Assembly (NCBI GenBank): GCA_040224245.1
Contig: JBEGIR010000017.1
Coordinates: 3,611 to 67,610, forward strand
DNA length: 64,000 bases
Direction: 5' to 3'
Source: Puniceicoccaceae bacterium
GTDB lineage: Bacteria; Verrucomicrobiota; Verrucomicrobiia; Opitutales; JAFGAQ01
Made by a program: the position numbers and the translations under genes
The notes under the pieces: generated by a model
Database searches by the model: none
The model's input: only the letters and a program-made list of their open reading frames with translations
What the model was told of the DNA's origin: nothing
Shown: positions 46,645 through 56,501 of the stretch, piece by piece
Layout: each line of letters starts with the position of its first letter
How positions within the stretch are numbered: position 1 is the stretch's first letter

Positions 46645-47376
46645 ATGAGTGCCGCACCCAGTGATCCCCTGAAACAAATCTACCACGAATCGATCGTGGA
46701 CCACCCGATGCATTTTAAGCAGTTGTCCAACGCGGGCACTGCACTGCTCTGCATCGACTTGCAGTACCTGGATGCCGCCGAGGGCTACGGAGTGTTTCAA
46801 AATCCCGAGGTGTCGGGAGTCAGTGAACAGGATCGGCGCTACTATTTTGACACACTCAATGGTTATGTGCTGCCAAACGTGCGTCGATTGCAGGATGCAT
46901 TTCGCACCCATGGGCTTGAGGTGATTCATGTGCGCATTCAGGCACTGACTCAGGATGGACGGGACCGTTCAACAGGACACAAGCGGCTGCAGCTGCTTGC
47001 ACGACCCGGCTCCCGCGAGGCGGATTTTCTCGAGCAAATCGAACCGCAGGGAGACGAAATCGTGATCAACAAGACCGCCAGTGGGGTGTTTTCCTGTACG
47101 AACCTTCACTACGTGCTCAAGAACATGGGAGTAGGGGCATTGTTTGTGGTCGGCGTCTACACCAATGAATGCGTAGAGACGACGATCCGGGACGCCTGCG
47201 ATCTCGGATATTCCGTGACGATGGTGGAAGATGGCTGCACAACAGTGACTGAGATGCTGCACCGCGCCTCCATCGCGACACTCAAGGACCGCTACGCACG
47301 TGTGATTTCGACGCAACAGGCGATCGAGGATATCCAGACCTATGTGGATACACCTGGCAGTGCAGCGCAGTCATGA
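46645..47376 (+). CDS. Isochorismatase-family cysteine hydrolase
   Basis: ALLCIDLQ (Asp), INKTASGVF (Lys) and VVGVYTNECVETT (Cys) form the catalytic triad pattern. ATG at 46645. Confidence 0.8.
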   Translation: MSAAPSDPLKQIYHESIVDHPMHFKQLSNAGTALLCIDLQYLDAAEGYGVFQNPEVSGVSEQDRRYYFDTLNGYVLPNVRRLQDAFRTHGLEVIHVRIQALTQDGRDRSTGHKRLQLLARPGSREADFLEQIEPQGDEIVINKTASGVFSCTNLHYVLKNMGVGALFVVGVYTNECVETTIRDACDLGYSVTMVEDGCTTVTEMLHRASIATLKDRYARVISTQQAIEDIQTYVDTPGSAAQS

Positions 47377-47545
47377 GAAATTCCCTCAAGGGCAATGGAT
47401 CGATGTGCCGAATATAGTACACATTTTGTGATATTTTGAAGGGGGAACATTGTTTCCATTCATGGGCACGGTAGTGTCACATCGTGGACGTTGCGAGCGG
47501 CAGGTGCCGCTCGGATGACACGATCCCAACTCAACCCCGAATATC

Positions 47546-48781
47546 ATGAAACAATTGCTGCGTAATCGGATTTGCGGTGCCCTGGTGGCGTCGCTTACCT
47601 GCTTGCTTCCCTCTTCCCTTCTGCAGGCGCAGAAGTTTGAGGGGCTGGCCCTGACTCCACCCATGGGGTGGAACTCGTGGAATACCTTTGAGAGCCACAT
47701 CAACGAACAACTCGTCAAGGATACTGCGGAAGCGATGATTCGCACCGGTATGCGTGATGCTGGCTATGTTTACATCGTGCTCGATGACTGCTGGTCGCTC
47801 AGGGAGAGGGATCCTGAGGGAAATCTGGTTGCTGATCCTGAGAAATTTCCAAGCGGCATGAAAGCCCTTGCAGACTACTTGCATGAGCGTGGATTCAAGT
47901 TTGGCATCTACGGTTGTGCGGGCAAGACAACCTGTGCCGGGTATCCCGGAAGCATGGGCCATGAGTATCAGGATGCCCGGACATTTGCGTCGTGGGGTGT
48001 GGATTATTTGAAATACGACTGGTGTGCCACCGGAACACGCGATGCAATCGAGGCCTATACGACGATGCGGGATGCGCTCTATCAAGCTGGGCGTCCGATT
48101 GTGTTCAGTCTCTGCGAGTGGGGAACCGCCGATCCCTGGCTTTGGGGCAAGCAGGTCGGGCACCTCTGGCGTGTGTCGGGCGATATTTATGACTGCTGGG
48201 ACTGCGAACAGGAGTGGTCGCGCGGATGGAAGTCAATTCTGGACCTGTACCACAACAAAAAGCCTTCGAGTGGCGGAAGGGATGGTCTGGGACAGTACTC
48301 AGGGCCGGATGGCTGGAACGACCTCGACATGATGGAAGTGGGCAATGCCGGACTCAGCACCATTGAATCGCGCTCGCATTTTGCGCTGTGGTGCATGGTG
48401 GCCTCACCCTTGATGGCTGGCAATGACCTGCGCATCATGTCCGACGAGATCGCAGCGATACTGACAGACAAAGAGGCACTTGCGATCAATCAGGATCCAC
48501 TCGGAGTACCTGGGTGGCGCTATGGCATCGTGCCGGATAAGTATGAAATCTGGATTCGTCCGCTGGAGGGGGGAGACTGGGCGGTGTGTGTGCTCAACGA
48601 CAGTGACCAGGATCTCGACATCACCCTGGAGTGGGAACGCCTCGAGCGACACCTTTCCGGTCACTTCGAAATCTTTGACATCTGGGATAAACAGTCACTA
48701 GGCACGAACGAAGGAGCACTCTCCAAGCGTGTCAAATCTCACGACACCTGGTTCATGCGACTGAGTAATCGTGCGGGCTGA
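47546..48781 (+). CDS. Alpha-galactosidase (GH27)
   Basis: Signal peptide. LTPPMGWNSWNTF, YIVLDDCW, FGIYGCAG, LKYDWC, EWG. Confidence 0.85.
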   Translation: MKQLLRNRICGALVASLTCLLPSSLLQAQKFEGLALTPPMGWNSWNTFESHINEQLVKDTAEAMIRTGMRDAGYVYIVLDDCWSLRERDPEGNLVADPEKFPSGMKALADYLHERGFKFGIYGCAGKTTCAGYPGSMGHEYQDARTFASWGVDYLKYDWCATGTRDAIEAYTTMRDALYQAGRPIVFSLCEWGTADPWLWGKQVGHLWRVSGDIYDCWDCEQEWSRGWKSILDLYHNKKPSSGGRDGLGQYSGPDGWNDLDMMEVGNAGLSTIESRSHFALWCMVASPLMAGNDLRIMSDEIAAILTDKEALAINQDPLGVPGWRYGIVPDKYEIWIRPLEGGDWAVCVLNDSDQDLDITLEWERLERHLSGHFEIFDIWDKQSLGTNEGALSKRVKSHDTWFMRLSNRAG

Positions 48782-48905
48782 TACCCTTTATGCTGTAAAC
48801 AACTGAGTTTTGAAACATCGGCTGGGGAATGCCAGCCGATGAGGCCTATGGGCCGGGACTCCGCGCGCATTGCGCTTGCGCAATGGGTGCCATTGCACGA
48901 GGCTG

Positions 48906-49937
48906 ATGCGAATGCAGACGAAGCGGTTTTCTATCGGGTTGGCACTGGCCTGTCTTGTGGCGGCTGTGTTTCCAATAAACGCAAGTGCAACAAATCCCGA
49001 CTGGCAGGGCCGATGGGCGCTGACTCGGGAGGGCGGCGGTGCCGGTTGGCTCGAGATCACGCAGCAGGACGGTTACCTGGATGGAAAGATACTGTGGCGA
49101 TGGGGCAGCGTGGCTGCGGTGTCGAGCGTGACGCTCGACGGGGATCTGCTTTGGGTGACGAGGGTGCGACAGATTGAACGTAAAGATGCCGCAGGCAAGG
49201 TGGTCCGCACCCAGCAATTGACCGAGACTTGGCGCCTCGAGGCGGACGCGGAGCAGGTGAGGGGCGAATACCTTTCGCCGCAGCCGGATGGAAGAGCGTT
49301 GGTGCGAGAAGCCTTCAGCGCAGTACGGATTCCGGAACTGCCGCCGCGTCCGGATTTGTCGAAGCTGCGCTTTGGGGAGGCGGTGGATTTACTCGCTGGC
49401 AGCAGCCTGGACGGATGGGAATTGACGGATCCGCAGAGCGTGAACGGCTGGAGCGTTACCGAGCACGGGGTGCTGGTCAACGATCCGGTTCAGACTGAAG
49501 GGGAGCCTCACATCCACTATGGGAACCTGCGCACTGTGGCGGAGTTTGAAGATTTTTCCCTGAGCTTTGAGGTCCGGGTGCCTGAAAAAGGCAACAGTGG
49601 GGTGTACTTGCGCGGGGTGTACGAAGTGCAGGTGCTCGACAGTGCGCACCGGGACGCAAGTGCACTGAACATGGGAGCGATCTACAGCCGTATCGCACCC
49701 GCAACGCGGGCGGAACGTCCTGCAGGCACCTGGCAACAGATGGACATCATGCTCGTGGATCGCCATGTGACTGTGCGGCTTAACGGCACTGTCGTGATCG
49801 ACAATCAGGCTCTGACCGGCATCACCGGCGGTGCGCTATGGGCGGATGAACTGCGACCCGGCCCGATCTACCTGCAAGGGGATCACACTGGTGTGGAATA
49901 CCGCAATCTGCAATTGCGTCCCGTGCTGGATCAGTAG
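48906..49937 (+). CDS. DUF1080 (3-keto-disaccharide hydrolase-like) domain protein, secreted
   Basis: Signal peptide. GNSGVYLRGVYEVQVLDS and PIYLQGDHTGVEYRNLQLRPV match the DUF1080 pattern. Confidence 0.7.
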   Translation: MRMQTKRFSIGLALACLVAAVFPINASATNPDWQGRWALTREGGGAGWLEITQQDGYLDGKILWRWGSVAAVSSVTLDGDLLWVTRVRQIERKDAAGKVVRTQQLTETWRLEADAEQVRGEYLSPQPDGRALVREAFSAVRIPELPPRPDLSKLRFGEAVDLLAGSSLDGWELTDPQSVNGWSVTEHGVLVNDPVQTEGEPHIHYGNLRTVAEFEDFSLSFEVRVPEKGNSGVYLRGVYEVQVLDSAHRDASALNMGAIYSRIAPATRAERPAGTWQQMDIMLVDRHVTVRLNGTVVIDNQALTGITGGALWADELRPGPIYLQGDHTGVEYRNLQLRPVLDQ

Positions 49938-50026
49938 ACAAGGGCAATGCCTGAGGTGCCTGGTCGTATTGCAGGACAGTCGAAGCTTGCATTGCCGTGT
50001 GAGCTGCATTGCGTTTGAATCTGTTC

Positions 50027-50842
50027 ATGGATTTTGCAGTGTTTCCATTGGTGGATGGAGGAGCGGAGGAACTCATCCTCGGTCCCGAATATTACTGGGA
50101 CAATTCCAGGCGCACGGAAGTCAATCGCATCAATCTTCAGCGTACCCTCAGTGGAGCTGCGTTTTGGCAGGATGCAAGTGGACGTCGTCTCGTGCCTCTG
50201 GGCAAAATCATGATCTTCACCCAACGGGAACCGACGGTCTATGGATATCCTCCGGAAGCGATCCGTCCCTATCGGCATCGCTACCTGTCGATTGATCCGG
50301 GACCGACGGTTGTTCCATTGTTTCAACGCCTGCGGGCTGACTTTGGATCGGTGCTATCCATGGATCCCAAAGGAGAGGCATGTCAGGCATTTGACGAGCT
50401 GTTTCAACGCTTCACCCAGCGCACCTTTCGGGATCGCTACCACGAGCTTGAGCTGATCACCTTGCTGTTCACCGCGATGTACCGTGAGCAGGTGGAGGAA
50501 GCGCGGGATCTGCGTCCGCTTCAGTATGGCAGTCACCTGATTCAGAATCAGTTTCGCAACGCCATTAGCGTGGAAACCATTGCAGAGCGCTGTGGCATGA
50601 GTCGTGAGCATTTCATGCGGTGCTACAAGCAAGAATATGGATGTGCTCCGGGGGCGGTACTGCGTCACCTTCGGCTTGAGAATGCCGCATTTCTACTGCG
50701 CAGCACGGAAAAAAGCGTTGAAAGCATTGCGCACGCCAGCGGATTTTCGAGCAGTAACGTCTGTTGCAGGGCTTTTCGCAGGCATTTTGGGATGACGCCG
50801 GGCCAGTATCGCGAGCGCAGCCGCAGGGAGCACGAGACGTAA
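50027..50842 (+). CDS. AraC-family transcriptional regulator
   Basis: C-terminal dual HTH: VETIAERCGMSREHFMRCYKQEYGCAPGAVLRHLRLENAAFLL...IAHASGFSSSNVCCRAFRRHFGMTPGQYR. Confidence 0.8.
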   Translation: MDFAVFPLVDGGAEELILGPEYYWDNSRRTEVNRINLQRTLSGAAFWQDASGRRLVPLGKIMIFTQREPTVYGYPPEAIRPYRHRYLSIDPGPTVVPLFQRLRADFGSVLSMDPKGEACQAFDELFQRFTQRTFRDRYHELELITLLFTAMYREQVEEARDLRPLQYGSHLIQNQFRNAISVETIAERCGMSREHFMRCYKQEYGCAPGAVLRHLRLENAAFLLRSTEKSVESIAHASGFSSSNVCCRAFRRHFGMTPGQYRERSRREHET

Positions 50843-50935
50843 TGATGGGTTTTACGGAAGGAAGTTCTGCTAATACTGGGTCCTGGAATCCGAACACTCC
50901 GGTTGCGCTGTCAGCTCTGTCCGTATCTTGATAGT

Positions 50936-51724
50936 ATGAAGCAATCCATTACCCTTTTTGTTTGTCTGGCATTATCTGTGAGTTCCCTGTATGCGGGGTT
51001 TCAACAGCGCACCGTTTCCTATGAACTCGATGGCGTGACCTTCGAATCCACGATCGTATGGAACGGGGAACTCGATGAAGCCAAGCCTGGCATCCTCATG
51101 GTCCCGAACTGGATGGGGCCGACGGAAGCCTCACTGAAGAAAGCGAAGCAGATCGCTGATGATGATTTTGTCGTGATGATGGTCGACATGTATGGCACTG
51201 CTGTTCGACCCACCAACGGTGGTGAGGCTGGAGCGGCAGCGGGCAAACTGCGCGAGGACCGTGCACTGATGCGTGCGCGTGCTGCCAAGGCACTCGAAGT
51301 TTTTCGCGAACACGGGAAGTCAGGTGAGATTCCACTCAACGCAAAACAAGTGGCGGGCATTGGCTTCTGTTTTGGAGGTGGAACGGTTCTCGAACTCGCA
51401 CGCTCTGGCATCGATCTGGATGCGGTGGTATCCTTCCACGGGGATCTGCTTTCGCCGACACTTGCTTCCGATGCTGTCAATACGCAAGCCAAGGTACTGG
51501 TCCTGCACGGGGCAGCGGATCCTTATGTGCCGCAGGAGCATGTGCAGGAATGGGTGGCTGTCATGAATGCGACGCAAGTGGATTGGACGCTCGTTCAGTT
51601 CAGCGGTGCGGTGCATTCGTTCACGGACCCCTCTGCGAACAGTGATGGAGCACGCTATGACAAGCGCACAGCCAAACGAGCGTTTGAGATGATGGACGAT
51701 CTCTTCGATGAGATCTGGGACTAA
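50936..51724 (+). CDS. Dienelactone hydrolase family protein, secreted
   Basis: Signal peptide. GIGFCFGG (nucleophile-elbow variant), LVLHGAADPYVP, AVHSF. Confidence 0.8.
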   Translation: MKQSITLFVCLALSVSSLYAGFQQRTVSYELDGVTFESTIVWNGELDEAKPGILMVPNWMGPTEASLKKAKQIADDDFVVMMVDMYGTAVRPTNGGEAGAAAGKLREDRALMRARAAKALEVFREHGKSGEIPLNAKQVAGIGFCFGGGTVLELARSGIDLDAVVSFHGDLLSPTLASDAVNTQAKVLVLHGAADPYVPQEHVQEWVAVMNATQVDWTLVQFSGAVHSFTDPSANSDGARYDKRTAKRAFEMMDDLFDEIWD

Positions 51725-51825
51725 GCAGGGCCGCTATCCGCTGGCGAATTGACAATTGCTGCTATCGTGGAGTCAGCCGCACGGGATTGACCACCTGCGG
51801 CTGACTGATGTTGTAAACTCGTAGT

Positions 51826-53052
51826 TCAGAAACGTTCGGTTCCGCCAGCAAAGCTGCGCACTTGAAAATCGTGCTGCTGCAGGATGCGAGCGGCAAAATA
51901 ACTCATTTTCCCATAGCTGCAGACGGTCAGGACCGGGAGTTTCCGGTCGAGTTCGTTCAGGCGTTTTTCGTTCAGTCCGGTGATACCGGCGGCGACCGCA
52001 AAAACGCGGACAATGGCGGTTCCGATGGAGCCAGGATAGGGCAGTGCGGTGGAAGGATTGTGGATGTGATCGGCAATGATCCGTCCCTGGCGATTGGCGG
52101 GACCGCCCAGCGGCACGTTTGAGGGTTGCCCGGAAATGGCGCACCGCGCTTCGACTACATCCCCTGCAGCATAGATATCGGGATCGCTTGTCTGCATGAA
52201 CGGGTTGACGCGGATGTGTCCGCGTTCTCCGAGTTCGAGCGAGGCGGTGTTTGCCAGCTGGTTTTCAGGGCGCACGCCGATGGATAGAAGAACCATGTCG
52301 GTTTCCACACGGATTCCGCTTTGCAAGATAGCGCTGACCTGGTTACCGTTGGATTCGAAACGATTCACACCATCAGAGAGATAGACTTCAATTCCACGGG
52401 AGCGTAGGGCTTTGAGAACGGGAAGTGCCATATCAGAATCGAGTTGCGGTAAGACCTGATCCTGGAGTTCCACAACGGTCACTTTTTTGCCGATGTGGTG
52501 TAGCTGTTCGGCCATTTCGAGGCCGATGAATCCTGCTCCGACCACAAGAGCGTGCTGTGCATCGACGGCTTTGGAAACAATGCGATCCATGTCCTGCAGA
52601 TTGCGCAAGGTGAAGATGGAGGAATGATCGATGCCAGGTATGGGAGGAACCACGGGAGAGGCTCCCGGAGTGAGGATCAGCTTTTCGTAAGGGAGCAGGG
52701 ATTCCTCTCCGCTCTCCAGATCGCGAACACGCACGATTTTCCGACTGCGATCAATGGCAACGGCTTCGGTTCGCACCCGCACTTCCAGGTTGAGCAGGGC
52801 CTTGAGCGATGCGGGTGTTTGCACGGCGAGCTGATCACGCTGCTCAATCTCCCCACCGACATAGTAGGGAAGTCCGCAATTGGCAAAGGAAACGTCGGGA
52901 CCGCGCTCGATGATGAGGATGGGCACAAACTCGTCCAGGCGTCGCAGACGTGCTGCTGCGCTGGCACCACCAGCGACACCACCGATGATGAGGATGGGTC
53001 GTCGTGTTGCGGATTCGGGTGTGACAGAAGCTTCGAATGGGCTTGATTTCAT
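51826..53052 (-). CDS. CoA-disulfide reductase/NADH oxidase-family flavoprotein fused to a rhodanese C-terminal remnant (apparent internal deletion)
   Basis: ILIIGGVAGGASAAARL (FAD), SFANCGLPYY (redox Cys), LVVGAGFIGLEMAE (NAD), YAAGDV. After GLNEKRLNEL it jumps directly to LPVLTVCSYGKMSYFAARILQQHDFQVRSFAGG, a rhodanese active-site loop and tail. Confidence 0.7.
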   Translation of the reverse strand: MKSSPFEASVTPESATRRPILIIGGVAGGASAAARLRRLDEFVPILIIERGPDVSFANCGLPYYVGGEIEQRDQLAVQTPASLKALLNLEVRVRTEAVAIDRSRKIVRVRDLESGEESLLPYEKLILTPGASPVVPPIPGIDHSSIFTLRNLQDMDRIVSKAVDAQHALVVGAGFIGLEMAEQLHHIGKKVTVVELQDQVLPQLDSDMALPVLKALRSRGIEVYLSDGVNRFESNGNQVSAILQSGIRVETDMVLLSIGVRPENQLANTASLELGERGHIRVNPFMQTSDPDIYAAGDVVEARCAISGQPSNVPLGGPANRQGRIIADHIHNPSTALPYPGSIGTAIVRVFAVAAGITGLNEKRLNELDRKLPVLTVCSYGKMSYFAARILQQHDFQVRSFAGGTERF

Positions 53053-53163
53053 AGCTGAAAACCATCGTGGGATTCGTGCGAGAAAGGTCAAATATTAAAA
53101 TATAAGAATATTCTAAATTTATGAAGCACAAATGTTCTATTCTGAGCGATTTCTGAAGCGGGG

Positions 53164-53556
53164 TTACAGAATCTTGTTAAAGACTTCCTGTAACTTCTGT
53201 TTCATCTCCTTCACGGACAAGTCCTTCTGGATGAAGTAGTCCACACCGGCGCGGATGCAGCTCAGCACGGTTTTTTTATCGTTTTCGGAGGTGAGAATGA
53301 TGATACGGGAGTGCAGTTTGCTTGCTTTCATTTCGAGCAGGGTATCCAGCCCGGATTTTCGCGGCAGACTGTAGGACATGATCACCAGATCAAACTCATT
53401 GAGCACAAATTCCCGATATCCTGTGATCCCATCAGCGGCTTCGCGAATGGTCTTCACTCCCATGCTCTTGAGAATGGTTTGGTAGAGCAGGCGAAACTCT
53501 TCACTATCTTCAACGATCAGAACAGATTCTGGAACTTTTTGCTTAGGCTTATTCAC
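53164..53556 (-). CDS. Single-domain response-regulator receiver with Ser at the phospho-acceptor position
   Basis: The CheY-like fold pattern is present (LIVEDSEE, IIILTSEND, FIQKD). Aligning FDLVIMSYSLPRKSG to CheY FVISDWNMPNMDG puts Ser where Asp57 should be. Confidence 0.8.
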   Translation of the reverse strand: MNKPKQKVPESVLIVEDSEEFRLLYQTILKSMGVKTIREAADGITGYREFVLNEFDLVIMSYSLPRKSGLDTLLEMKASKLHSRIIILTSENDKKTVLSCIRAGVDYFIQKDLSVKEMKQKLQEVFNKIL

Positions 53557-53631
53557 ATTTTGTCCGATTCCTTAGGTGGCATTTGTCTCGCTGCTGCGGG
53601 ATGAAGGCAACCTCATTCAATTCTTCTCATC

Positions 53632-54759
53632 ATGATGGCCGACTACGGAGGCACTTCAAAGCGCAAAATCCTGATTGTGGACGATATCGCGTTCAATCGC
53701 ACTGTGCTGAACAAGATTCTTGGCAAGTCCGGCTATGAACTTGCGATTGCCACTTCGGGTGATCAGGCGCTGACGCAACTGGATGTCTTTAGTCCCGATA
53801 TCGTGCTGTTGGATTTCATGATGCCAGGCAAGAGTGGACTGGATGTATTGCGCATCATGAAAGCAGACACTCGCTACCGGGGCATCCCTGTGATTTTTCT
53901 CACTGCCAGCGATGAGATGGAGTACATGACCGAGGCCTTCAACGCTGGTGCAGTCGATTACATCACCAAACCCTTCAAGGCGGCTGAGCTGAATGCACGG
54001 GTGAACACCCAGGTGCGCCGCCTCGACGATGCGGACGCGATCAAGCTCAAGATCCAGGAGCAGCAGGAACTCATCCATGTGTTGGCCCATGATCTGCGCA
54101 ATCCACTGGTGGCTTGCCGAGGACTGGTTGAGCTGGTCGAAGCGGGCGATGCCGACATTCTCACCATGGGGCCGCGGCTGCGGCAATCCATGCAGAAATG
54201 CCTCGATACCATCGAACTGGTTCGCAAGAAAGGCTTGCTGGAGGAAGATGTATCTCAGCTGAGCCTGGAACCGATCCTGATACGCCGCGAGATGGACAGT
54301 GTGCTGGACGATTTTGCCGAGGTGATGCAGCGCAAGGGAATTCGGGTGATAAATTCAATCCCGGAGGATCTGTATGTGCAGTCGGAGCACACTTCGCTGA
54401 ACAATGTGGTGTTCAGCAATCTGGTGAGCAATGCGATCAAATTTTCCTACCCGAATTCCAAGGTGGAGATCAGTGCGACTGAATCGGATGGCATCGTGGA
54501 GGTGCGCATCAAGGACTACGGTATGGGCATTCCCGAGTTCCTCATGCCCCAAATCTTCAATCCGCGCAAAGTGACCCGACGGGCCGGCACTCTGAATGAA
54601 CAGGGCACAGGTTACGGGATGGGACTGGTTCGCAAATTGATGACGGTATACGGTGGAGGTATTGCGATTGATTCCACCGCCAAGAGCGCAGACAACCGCA
54701 ATCACGGAACCACCATGATGTTGAGGTTCCGAAGTGCGGAACCCCTTGCACAGGAGTGA
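53632..54759 (+). CDS. Hybrid receiver-histidine kinase (N-terminal REC, HisKA, HATPase_c)
   Basis: ILIVDD...DIVLLDFMMPGKSG (REC), LIHVLAHDLRNPL (H-box), NLVSNAIKF, DYGMGIP, GTGYGMGL. Confidence 0.8.
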   Translation: MMADYGGTSKRKILIVDDIAFNRTVLNKILGKSGYELAIATSGDQALTQLDVFSPDIVLLDFMMPGKSGLDVLRIMKADTRYRGIPVIFLTASDEMEYMTEAFNAGAVDYITKPFKAAELNARVNTQVRRLDDADAIKLKIQEQQELIHVLAHDLRNPLVACRGLVELVEAGDADILTMGPRLRQSMQKCLDTIELVRKKGLLEEDVSQLSLEPILIRREMDSVLDDFAEVMQRKGIRVINSIPEDLYVQSEHTSLNNVVFSNLVSNAIKFSYPNSKVEISATESDGIVEVRIKDYGMGIPEFLMPQIFNPRKVTRRAGTLNEQGTGYGMGLVRKLMTVYGGGIAIDSTAKSADNRNHGTTMMLRFRSAEPLAQE

Positions 54760-54818
54760 ATATGCCTGGCAGGTTAACTCAGCACATTGAGTCTGAAAGG
54801 CACTGACAGCACCCGCAC

Positions 54819-56327
54819 TTACGCATCGCCAAACATGCTCGCATCAATGTGGGCAAGGATTTCGGCCTCAGTCATGCGTGTTTGTTGGGTCGTATCGCGA
54901 TCCCGCACGGTGAAGGTTGCATTTTCGAGAGAGTCAAAGTCCACCGTGATGCAGAAGGGTGTGCCGATCTCATCCATGCGGCGGTAGCGACGACCGATGG
55001 CTCCGGACTGATCGTAGAACACATTCCAGCGGCGCTGCAGCTTGCGATAGAGTTGCTGCGCCATTTCCACAATCTCGGGCTTGTTCTTGACCAGCGGGAA
55101 TACGGCCGCTGTGACAGGAGCAATTTTGGGGTGGAAGCGCAGCAGAGTGCGGCGCTCGCCATCAATCTCGTCTTCGGCATAGGCAGAACAGAGCACAGCA
55201 AGCATGGTGCGGTCGACTCCGACAGACGGTTCGATCACATGCGGAAGGTAACGCTCCTTGCGAGCTTCGTCAAAATACTCCAAATTCTTGCCGGAATGCT
55301 CCTGATGTTGACTGAGGTCAAAATTTCCACGAGCGGCAATGCCCCACAGCTCCTGGCGTCCAAACGGGAAATCAAAAGTGATGTCCGTTGTTGCACGTGA
55401 GTAGTGGGACAGTTTTTCCTTGGGATGAATGTGCTCACCCAGGCGTTCCCGCGGGATGCCGATGCCAACGAGCCAGTCGATGCAGAGGTCAATCCACTCC
55501 CGGTGTTTGACTGGCCAGAGGTCGTCATCGCCGGGAATAAAATATTCGATCTCCATCTGCTCGAACTCGCGGGAGCGGAAAATGAAATTGCGCGGTGTGA
55601 TCTCGTTTCGAAATGCCTTGCCTACCTGCGCGATTCCAAAGGGGAGTTTCACGCGGGACGAGTCGACGACATTCTTGAAATTGGTGAAAATTCCCTGCGC
55701 GGTTTCGGGTCGCAGGTAGGTTTTGGAGTTTTCATCCGCCAGTGCACCCACAAAGGTTTGAAACATCATGTTGAAGGCACGGGGCGGAGTGAGGGAACCC
55801 GGCTTTCCGGTGGCGGGCGATGGAATCAACGGGATTTCCTCATCAGCAGCTTCGGTAAATTCCCTGATCTCCAGCGCGTCAAGCTGGCCTTGCACACCGG
55901 CCTTGCGCTTGAGTTCCTGAGCCTTTGCCTCAAGCTCCTTCTCTGTGTCGGCTCCCTCCTGAACGCAGACGTATCCGATCTGATTTCCATCGACCTTGAC
56001 CTGGGCGTAAAAGAGCTGATCGGCGCGGTAACGCATTTTCGAAGCCTTGCAGTCCACCAGGGGGTCCGTGAAATTGTCGAGGTGACCTGAGGCCTTCCAG
56101 ACCTTGGCACTCTGAATGATGGTGGAATCGACGCCGACCACATCATCGCGCTGGTGTACCATTTCTTTCCACCAGACATTTTTGAGGTTTTGGCGAAGCT
56201 CCACTCCCAGTGGGCCATAATCGTAAAATCCGTTGATCCCTCCATAAATCTCGGAAGCCGGGAAAATGAATCCGCGGCGCTTGAGCAGGGATACGAGAGT
56301 GTCCATTGTAAGAAGTTCAGTCGACAT
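54819..56327 (-). CDS. glyQS: Glycine--tRNA ligase (dimeric class II GlyQS type)
   Basis: [69 protein letters not shown]. The start is uncertain among three in-frame ATGs (56345, 56327, 56306). Confidence 0.9.
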   Translation of the reverse strand: MSTELLTMDTLVSLLKRRGFIFPASEIYGGINGFYDYGPLGVELRQNLKNVWWKEMVHQRDDVVGVDSTIIQSAKVWKASGHLDNFTDPLVDCKASKMRYRADQLFYAQVKVDGNQIGYVCVQEGADTEKELEAKAQELKRKAGVQGQLDALEIREFTEAADEEIPLIPSPATGKPGSLTPPRAFNMMFQTFVGALADENSKTYLRPETAQGIFTNFKNVVDSSRVKLPFGIAQVGKAFRNEITPRNFIFRSREFEQMEIEYFIPGDDDLWPVKHREWIDLCIDWLVGIGIPRERLGEHIHPKEKLSHYSRATTDITFDFPFGRQELWGIAARGNFDLSQHQEHSGKNLEYFDEARKERYLPHVIEPSVGVDRTMLAVLCSAYAEDEIDGERRTLLRFHPKIAPVTAAVFPLVKNKPEIVEMAQQLYRKLQRRWNVFYDQSGAIGRRYRRMDEIGTPFCITVDFDSLENATFTVRDRDTTQQTRMTEAEILAHIDASMFGDA

Positions 56328-56501
56328 GATCAAACGCCCAAGCATGGTTGTGTCGCTGATGGCGTCAAGCCTTCGTTGGGCATGCCATGCCCGGCAAACA
56401 TGGGCTTGCGACTAACGAGTATTCTCATGCTAAGGTATTGTGATTGAATTATTTCCCAAGGAAATCTACATTGCTGCAAACGTGCCGACTGCGAACGCTA
56501 C

